In this document: piece after piece, positions 29,444-37,926 of the stretch | How positions within the stretch are numbered: the stretch's first letter is position 1 | Layout of the letters: each line of letters opens with the position of its first letter | Source: an uncultured Candidatus Altimarinota bacterium | GTDB taxonomy: Bacteria > Patescibacteriota > Gracilibacteria > BD1-5 > JAGOOR01 | NCBI GenBank assembly: GCA_937920005.1 | Contig: CALETF010000136.1 | Coordinates: 1 to 37,926, forward strand | Direction: 5' to 3' | Length of the DNA: 37,926 nucleotides | Program-made: the position numbers and the translations under genes | Notes under the pieces: model-generated | What the model was told of the DNA's origin: nothing | Databases searched by the model: none | The model's input: only the letters and a program-made list of their open reading frames with translations

Positions 29444-30013
29444 ATGAGCATAGACCTCTCTACTCCTGTTCTCGAAGCATTAAAAGATCCTCAATATAAA
29501 TCTTTTATGTATTCTGAACCTGAAAAAGTGGTTGGTGTAAATATCTGGTGAGTAGCGTGACAAAATGCTCGTAATGTTTTTTCACTACAAGAAACAGTAA
29601 TTGAGGCCTGGAATCAAGTAGCACTATTGCCCGCCATATATTGCTGAAAACAGCATGAAATAGATGGTTCTGGCATACGCCCTTGTCAATGCGATGTGAG
29701 AAACAATGCTAGTTGTGGCCACCCTCAGGAAACAAAAATTTTTCATGCATATGGTTTAGCCTGAATGATAGCAACACAAAGAGATCCCTCTATCGAGCAT
29801 CCATGAACTATTTTGAGACAATTAGTTGGTCTAGATTATGATGCCTCCGATGCGTATGGAACTTTTTGAGACGATATAGATCCAACTGAACCAGCACTGA
29901 TACCAGGACTCAAAAAAGAAATACAAGCAAGAGAAAAGAGTCTCTTTATGGAAATAATACTTCCTTGGCGGCTGAAAGTTTCTGAAGCTTTGACAAAATT
30001 AAAGCACAATTAA
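29444..30013 (+). CDS. hypothetical protein (189 aa), invisible in the ORF track
   Basis: ATG 29444 to TAA 30011-30013 with six in-frame TGA. No family recognised. Confidence 0.55.
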
Positions 30014-30044
30014 GTTGCTTTGTTATTTAAATAAGTTGAATACA

Positions 30045-31538
30045 ATGGCGCCCATGAAGAAACTCATCACTACCGCTATTCCATACATGAATGGTGTGCC
30101 TCATATCGGTCATGCACTCGAAATTATCCTGACGGACGTCATCGCTCGTGGTCATAGACTCCTCGGAGAAGATGTATTTTTCCTCACAGGAGCTGACGAA
30201 CACGGAAGTAAAATATTCAAAGCTGCCGAAACAGCAGGGGGAGATGTAATGAAAATGCTCGATGAAAATGTGCGTCATTTCCAAGATATGAATACAGCGC
30301 TCTCTATCTCAAATGATGGCTATATACGAACAACAGATAAGAAAAAACACTGGCCCGTCGTCCAAGCGCTCTGGATGAGACTCTTTGATAACTGAGATAT
30401 TTACAAAAAAGAATACGCTGGCTGGTACTGTGACCGAGAAGAGCGTTTTGTAACAGAGGAAGAACTCGATGAGAATAAATGCCTCAAAGAAGGTGGCGCA
30501 CCAACACGCTGGACCGAAGATGAGAACTATTTCTTCAAGCTCAGCAAATACAGCGACACTATAAAGAAAAAACTCCAAAGTGGTGAAGTAAAAATCACTC
30601 CAGAATTCAGACAAAATGAGATGATTGCCATGATTGGTGATGGACTCGAAGATGTGAGCTTCTCGCGTACAAAAAAACAACTCACCTGGGGTATCCCAGT
30701 CCCAAATGATCCAGAACACGTGATGTACGTCTGGTGTGATGCTCTCACGAATTACATCTCTGGTGTCTCCACGGGGAACATCGAAGAAGATTTCAAAAAC
30801 TGGAACTGTGAGCTCCATGTCATCGGCAAGGATATCTCACGATTCCACTGCCTCACATGGATTGGCATGCTCCTCTCTGCGGGGATCAATTTACCGAAAA
30901 ATATCCTCGTACACGGATTCGTAAATGATAAAGATGGTGCGAAGATGAGTAAATCTGTCGGAAATGTCATCGATCCTCACGCGATGATAGCAGAATATGG
31001 TTCTGATACCGTTCGTCTCTATATGACGAGCGAAGTAGGCGTCGGACAAGATCTCAATTTCTCTGATGAGCGTATCAAATCTGTTCACAATGATGTCCTC
31101 GCAAACAACTATGGAAATCTGGTGAATCGTGTGCTTTCGCTCTGGATTGCTCACCGCGATAAAGGTGAGACTATACCGGTCATCCCAGAAACTTCTCCAG
31201 CTATCTTGGATATAGTGAATGACTATAAAAACATGCTCGGAAAATGGATTAATACGAGCAGAATGTTCATTGATGCTGATACAGTCCTCAATATGGCTAA
31301 TAATATGCTCAACACCACTGAGCCTTGGAAAAAATCAGGTGAAGAAAAAGGAAAACTCTTGGTTGAAGGAATTGTCTACGTCTACTATGCAACACTCCTC
31401 CTCTCCCCTTTTATTCCCGAGGCAACGAGTAAAGTCATGAAAGTCATGGGAATAAAAGAAGATACAAAACTCGATGCCCCTATTTCGATAGACCTGAATA
31501 CTATTACAAAACCGGAGATATTGTTTGTGAAGAAGTAA
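30045..31538 (+). CDS. metG: methionine--tRNA ligase (short form)
   Basis: Track ORFs 30015..30395 and 30621..31538 are in one frame, joined through TGA 30393-30395. HIGH motif PHIGHALE and KMSKS are present. Start is ATG 30045 or 30054. Ends TAA 31536-31538. Confidence 0.9.
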
Positions 31539-31540
31539 TT

Positions 31541-31568
31541 TTGACAAATTATGTTTATATTTTATTAT
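31541..31568 (+). promoter_or_regulatory. promoter TTGACA-N16-TATTAT
   Basis: TTGACA at 31541-31546 and TATTAT at 31563-31568. The ATG is at 31580. Confidence 0.5.
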
Positions 31569-31579
31569 AGACATAATAT

Positions 31580-32758
31580 ATGAATATCTCGAAATCACAT
31601 CACATTCACTGAGCCCCAAACACAAACTGAATAAAACTCAGAAAACTTTCTAGTAGACTCTCTCTGAATCTCGCATTCAGTGTAGCCCTGATATTGTGTT
31701 GATGTTGAAAAAAAGAAGAAGTCTCATCAGTGACAACAGCAGAAAGCGTGCAAAACATGACAGATGAAGAAAAAAATATAGCTATAGCTCTAACAATTAT
31801 CGATAACCATCTCGGAAGAGAACGTGTAGAAATCCCGGAACACACAGCACAACAAAATATCTTTATCAATAATATCATTCAATTGCTTTGAGCCTATGAA
31901 TGAGATGAATTAATGAACCAAGTTCGAGAGATATATAATAATCAAAAGAAAAACAATAGACCTGTTCCCTTCCCGTTTGATCCAAACCAATGCAAAAATA
32001 CAGAGGATTTTGTACGAGAGAGTAGGAAGTATCTCTCTACCCTATCGATTTACCTGACATGACAGGGTATATCACAGGGTATTTACGAGTACGATATTTC
32101 AGACAAGAACTTGCAGTGCGCTGGGAAGCCTATCCGGAAAATAGTTATTTCACATGAAGAAACTCTCTTTGAATGACGTGTAATACCTGATGACGGAGTC
32201 ATACTTCTAAACCTGCAAGCGCTTGGGACAAATGTTTTTATCAATAAAAAAATATGACTCCCCCCTGAAGTAATGATCTGAGGAGTCATAGCAAATGAGC
32301 TCTGAAATTGTGAATTTTACACTGATTATGATATTTCTAAAGTTTCGAGAAATGATGCGTTTAGACTATCAGAAGCATATAGCACCATGAAAACACTCAA
32401 ATCATACGAAACTTCTGCTACAGTAGGAGGTATGCTCATGCTAACAGAGTGTATCAATAGCCATTTTAGTGCGATTATCTGATTTGATGCATGAATATGA
32501 GTGGATTATGATATCACTCATGACTGCGTGCTCAGAGCACATAAAAAAATACTGCCTCTCTACGCTGAAGAATATCCTGACTTAGCTGCCATTTTTGAAA
32601 CAAACGATGATACAATAAAAGAAAAAATAAAGTGAGTACAGAGAAAAATCGCAAAAAATCCTGAACGATACAATAATCTAGGAAAACTATTCTTAGAAAA
32701 ATATGAACAAGCTTTCCGTGATTTGTGTCGAGAGAAGTGAGCTCGTATAAAAAAATAA
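31580..32758 (+). CDS. hypothetical lipoprotein (392 aa), invisible in the ORF track
   Basis: ATG 31580 to TAA 32756-32758 with 16 in-frame TGA by my count. Signal-like LSLNLAFSVALILCGCGKKEE, where both Gly residues are TGA-encoded. No family recognised. Confidence 0.55.
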
Positions 32759-32762
32759 TTTT

Positions 32763-33245
32763 TTATGTCTTTTTAGCTTTATTCTGGGTTCTGTATATAT
32801 CCAGGATATACTCAAAATCCTTTTTGCTGACCTTATTCACCGATAATCGAGAACCTTTGCGGGCCACTTCCATACCAGACAATTCGGGTGTACTTTTGAT
32901 TTCTGTGAGAGTAAAAGTTCTCGGAAACTTCTCCACAAATTCCATCGTACGAGTTATCCAGATAGGATTTTCGAGTGTTGATTTCGAATCGTAGTGTTCG
33001 TCGTGGATATCTAGCGCAGTCATATCTGGAAGTGCCTCACTCGCGACCCTCATAATTCAGACAATACCATTGTTTTCGCAAGCATTGCTGTGATAAAACA
33101 GGCACAAATCTCCGACATTCATATCGTCTCGGAGGATATTTCGAGCTTGGAAATTTCTCACCCCCGTCCATGACGTCTGACCATCTCGTGCGAGATCATC
33201 GATACTGAAACAAGTTGGTTCGGATTTGAGGAGGAAATAGTTCAT
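32763..33245 (-). CDS. EVE (PUA-like) domain protein
   Basis: Track ORFs 32763..33053 and 33057..33245 are joined by TGA 33057-33059. Has MNYFLLKSEPTCFSIDDL...WTGVRNFQARNILRDDM..GDLCLFYHSN and RLSVNKVSKKDF. Confidence 0.85.
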
Positions 33246-33247
33246 GA

Positions 33248-35126
<1,879 letters not shown>

Positions 35127-35130
35127 GATT

Positions 35131-36621
35131 TTATATAAGTGATACACCGGTCATTACGTCAGGTTTGGAAATATCCATCATCGTGAGAACTGTCGGAGCC
35201 AAAGCAGTCAAATCAGATTCGAGAATATGAGGCACGAGAACTTCTCCCTGTCGGATAATCCAGCATGGCACCGCGTATTGTGTATGCGCTGTATCTGGGC
35301 TCTCTGCTGTGCCCATACGTTCACAGTTTCCATGGTCAGCAGTGACGATGAGTGTTACTTCATGCGTTTTCGAATATTCTATCAGTCGTCCGACGACATC
35401 TCCGAGCTTTGAGACAGCTTTTTTACATGCCTCCAAGTTTCCACAGTGTCCAACGAGGTCTCCATTTGGGAAATTGACGACCGTGAAATCATAGCTGTCA
35501 GCATTTTGGATGATATAATCACAGATAGCATCAGCTTCCATCTCTGGTTTTTCTGAAAATGGCCCACCAGTATACGAATCAAATCCCTTGTTTACCTGTC
35601 CAGAAAATGGCTCAGAGCGGAGTCCTGCGAGAAATTTTGTGACATGGATAAATTTGTCTGTCTCTGAGATATGGAGTTGCGTCTTTCCTGCTTTTGAAAT
35701 CACTTCTGGAAGTGTGTCTCGGATATCGAGTTCATCCAAGAGAAAACGTCCCTGATACTCTGGATAATAGCGAAATGTAGCGAGGTAAAAAATATCCAAT
35801 TTCGTACGAGCAAAACCCATGAAAGCGTCCTCAGTAAAAGCCTGTGTTATCATACGTCCACGATCGGCACGGAAATTGAGACACCAAACAGCATCACCAT
35901 TTTCTATCCCCTTTGCATCTGAGAAGGCAATAGGTTCGTGATGTTCATCCATGACTCCTGCCGCATAGCGAGTTTGAAGTATTTCAAATATTTGAGCACT
36001 TTCAGGACAATCTGTTCGATCAGTCTGAGTCATCACACGGTATGCCTTCTCGACTCTCTCCCAATTATCAGCACGATCAAACCCAAAATATCGCCCAAAG
36101 AGAGAACTAATAACCAATCTCCTCGACTGTATCTCTGCATCGAAAAGATGGAGATAACTCGGAAGTGAATCTGGTGCGGTATCACGTCCATCACTGGCGA
36201 TATGGAGATAGAGCTGAATGTCTGTTGGGAGTTTCTGGAGAAGAGTTTTGAGGTGATCGGTATGAGCATGGATACCACCGTCTGAGAAAATCATCACAAT
36301 ATGAAGTCGCTTATTGTGATCTCTGATGTATTGAATCATCTTCTGATACGTCGTATTATCAGATATGTGCTCCAGGAGATCAGTGACACGGACAAGCGTC
36401 TGAGGACAGACTCTCCCCGCCCCTATTGTGAGATGCCCCACTTCGCTTCCTCCTGTCTGTCCTTCTGGCAGACCGACACAGCGACCATGCGTCCAGAGCT
36501 TGGCATGAGGTTTTTGAAAAAGCTCATGAAATACGGGATGTGCTGATTGCTTGATAGCATCATCCATTTCACTCTCCGTATTGATACCAAAACCGTCAAG
36601 AATAGTCAAAATACATTTCAT
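35131..36621 (-). CDS. gpmI: 2,3-bisphosphoglycerate-independent phosphoglycerate mutase
   Basis: Uninterrupted 496-aa ORF with no in-frame TGA at all. Has ILDGFG, GGSEVGHLTIGAGR and ADHGN. Confidence 0.9.
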   Translation of the reverse strand: MKCILTILDGFGINTESEMDDAIKQSAHPVFHELFQKPHAKLWTHGRCVGLPEGQTGGSEVGHLTIGAGRVCPQTLVRVTDLLEHISDNTTYQKMIQYIRDHNKRLHIVMIFSDGGIHAHTDHLKTLLQKLPTDIQLYLHIASDGRDTAPDSLPSYLHLFDAEIQSRRLVISSLFGRYFGFDRADNWERVEKAYRVMTQTDRTDCPESAQIFEILQTRYAAGVMDEHHEPIAFSDAKGIENGDAVWCLNFRADRGRMITQAFTEDAFMGFARTKLDIFYLATFRYYPEYQGRFLLDELDIRDTLPEVISKAGKTQLHISETDKFIHVTKFLAGLRSEPFSGQVNKGFDSYTGGPFSEKPEMEADAICDYIIQNADSYDFTVVNFPNGDLVGHCGNLEACKKAVSKLGDVVGRLIEYSKTHEVTLIVTADHGNCERMGTAESPDTAHTQYAVPCWIIRQGEVLVPHILESDLTALAPTVLTMMDISKPDVMTGVSLI

Positions 36622-36627
36622 GCAGGC

Positions 36628-36633
36628 ATTGTA
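36628..36633 (-). promoter_or_regulatory. -10 box TACAAT, 6 nt upstream of the gpmI ATG (leaderless configuration)
   Basis: Plus-strand attgta at 36628-36633; the ATG is at 36619-36621 on the minus strand. Confidence 0.4.
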
Positions 36634-36654
36634 GAAAAAATCTCAAAAATTCTA

Positions 36655-36683
36655 GCACAAAAAAATCTTCAGACTTGAAGATT
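36655..36683 (-). terminator. rho-independent terminator after the tRNA pair
   Basis: Stem aaatcttca (36662-36670) pairs with tgaagattt (36675-36683), with a T run on the minus strand. Confidence 0.65.
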
Positions 36684-36688
36684 TAAGA

Positions 36689-36764
36689 TTGGTGGACCTG
36701 GCTGGGATCGAACCAGCGACCAACAGGTTATGAGCCCGCTGCTCTAACCGCTGAGCTACAGGTC
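36689..36764 (-). tRNA. tRNA-Met(CAU): tRNA with CAU anticodon (elongator Met or lysidine-modified Ile2), CCA encoded
   Basis: Reverse complement folds as GGACCTG-TA-GCTC..GAGC-A-GCGGG-CTCATAA-CCTGT-TGGTC-GCTGG-TTCGATC-CCAGC-CAGGTCC-A-CCA. The G1-C72 pair and imperfect GGG/CCC in the anticodon stem argue against an initiator tRNA. Confidence 0.85.
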
Positions 36765-36791
36765 CACGGTTACAGAAAATGCGAGTAAACA

Positions 36792-36885
36792 TGGCGGCGG
36801 GAGAGGGATTCGAACCCTCGCGGCAACTTTTGGTCACCCTACAGGATTAGCAATCCCGCCCCTTCAGCCTCTTGGGTATCCCACC
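36792..36885 (-). tRNA. tRNA-Ser(GCU): tRNA-Ser, anticodon GCU, long variable arm, CCA encoded
   Basis: Reverse complement: acceptor GGTGGGA/TCCCGCC, anticodon stem-loop CGGGA-TTGCTAA-TCCTG, long variable arm, T loop GGTTCGAATCC. Confidence 0.85.
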
Positions 36886-36901
36886 ATAGTTTACGGTGTG
36901 G

Positions 36902-36929
36902 ATTGTATGAAAAGTTTCTCTAGGAGCAA
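36902..36929 (-). promoter_or_regulatory. promoter of the tRNA-Ser/tRNA-Met unit (TTGCTC-N16-TACAAT)
   Basis: Plus-strand gagcaa at 36924-36929 and attgta at 36902-36907. The tRNA 5-prime end lies 16 nt downstream of the -10 box. Confidence 0.5.
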
Positions 36930-36933
36930 ATTT

Positions 36934-37422
36934 TTATTCTTCTTCTTCGGGAGAATCTTGATCTATGGCATCATCATCGTTTTGATTGGGAGTCAAATCG
37001 TCCTCTTCCCCGTCTTCATCGAAGCCCATATCAACCATATTTTCTTGTTCTTCTTTTTTTACCTCAAGGAAGTGTATGAGTCTGAGAATATCTTTTTCTG
37101 AGAGATCATTGCCAAAGAGGTCGGCATAATCTCGTATTTCTGATGGCGCATTGCGAAATATATTCCAATACATCATACCTGGCTCTTCGAATCGATTGAT
37201 GAGGAGATTATTGAGGAGGAGAAGTACTCGTCTATCGTCTCCTTCTGCTTCATCATAGTAAGGAATCATTGAAGTCAGGTGTGATTGGACTTCGAGTTCG
37301 TGAATTTTGTGCGCTTTTTGTGTTTCTTCGGCTATTCTCTTCTTTTCCACCGCATAGTAATCATCTTCTTCAAATGCTGAACCTACTGGACTCTCTGGGA
37401 TATGCTTTTTTTGCATTGTCAT
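36934..37422 (-). CDS. hypothetical acidic protein (162 aa)
   Basis: Uninterrupted ORF ending TAA 36934-36936. Strongly acidic C-terminal tail DEDGEEDDLTPNQNDDDAIDQDSPEEEE. No family recognised. Confidence 0.6.
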   Translation of the reverse strand: MTMQKKHIPESPVGSAFEEDDYYAVEKKRIAEETQKAHKIHELEVQSHLTSMIPYYDEAEGDDRRVLLLLNNLLINRFEEPGMMYWNIFRNAPSEIRDYADLFGNDLSEKDILRLIHFLEVKKEEQENMVDMGFDEDGEEDDLTPNQNDDDAIDQDSPEEEE

Positions 37423-37451
37423 AGGGAGGAAAAGTACTACAATTCTAGTAA

Positions 37452-37926
37452 CTATTTACCACAAAATCAAACCTTATGAGGTTGACGAAAACCCTTCTTC
37501 ATACCACAGAGAGTTATATCCAGAGACTCGCTCGTGGATGAATAGAAACGGTAGAGGATTTGTTGCTCTTTTTTCCGCGTGATATAGAGAATACTGCTGA
37601 CGTCCTCGATTCTTTTGCGTACGTCAATATCCAAGAAAAAAACACGATAAAAGTCACCCTCATCAATATCCTCCAAGAACGAACAAAATTTCAAAAAAAA
37701 CTCACAAAATTTCTCGTCGCTGATAAAAATGGTATGTCTTCGGAGTGTGTCTTTTTTCATACACCGTATTTCAAATTCCCGATTAAACCAGGCGATACGA
37801 TCATCCTCCATGGTAAACCAAAATACGAATACGGGAAACTCTCTTTCCCGCAGCCAGACATAGAGCTCTTTGATGAGAAACGTCAGGCATATCTGCCTAT
37901 CTATACAGAAATACAAGGAATCAACA
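37452..37926 (-). CDS. hypothetical protein, N-terminus probably outside the window
   Basis: Track ORF 37467..37916 begins at a TTG and the frame is open to the window edge. The track stop TGA 37467-37469 is read through (GFCGK) to TAG 37452-37454. Confidence 0.5.

Noticed and set aside
36689-36764. The CAU-anticodon tRNA as the initiator tRNA-fMet.
   Set aside because: It has a paired G1-C72 and lacks the three consecutive G-C pairs at the base of the anticodon stem. An elongator Met or Ile2 identity is more likely.

Overview
AT-rich, gene-dense bacterial chromosomal segment that only makes sense when TGA is read as glycine (genetic code 25, as in Gracilibacteria/Absconditabacteria-type CPR bacteria). 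In the standard-code ORF track gatA, copA, nrdD, pheT, eno, nrdR, rlmD and others look shattered. Every break I checked by hand is a TGA, and several sit on invariant Gly positions: GatA TDTG-G-SIRQPA, enolase NIING-G-AHA, NrdR SED-G-LSIRRRR, CopA IV-G-VGK-G-A. Re-translation gives about 45 intact CDS, including several genes that are invisible in the track (7885..8706, 11355..12536, 29444..30013, 31580..32758, 6048..6284, 17965..18039). Content: translation and housekeeping genes (gatA, pheT, metG, rplY, an rlmD-like methyltransferase, tRNA-Gly/Met/Ser), glycolysis (gpmI, eno), and an anaerobic RNR module (nrdD, nrdG, nrdR with NrdR boxes). There is also a long minus-strand copper-homeostasis cluster (csoR, copA, HMA-membrane protein, cupredoxin, two DUF305 genes, and a 24-aa Cys-rich peptide behind a perfect palindromic operator). 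An accessory stretch holds a PD-(D/E)xK-like nuclease, a SAM methyltransferase and orphan genes. Most interesting: the operator-controlled Cys-rich mini-peptide, an nrdD whose glycyl-radical domain is a separate in-frame ORF, a half-size priA overlapped by nrdR, and an AbiEi-like/CYTH gene pair. Also notable are Cys-rich tails exposed only by TGA read-through and near-leaderless TTGACA/TACAAT promoters without Shine-Dalgarno sites. All coordinates come from hand translation. Start codons are the least certain part.
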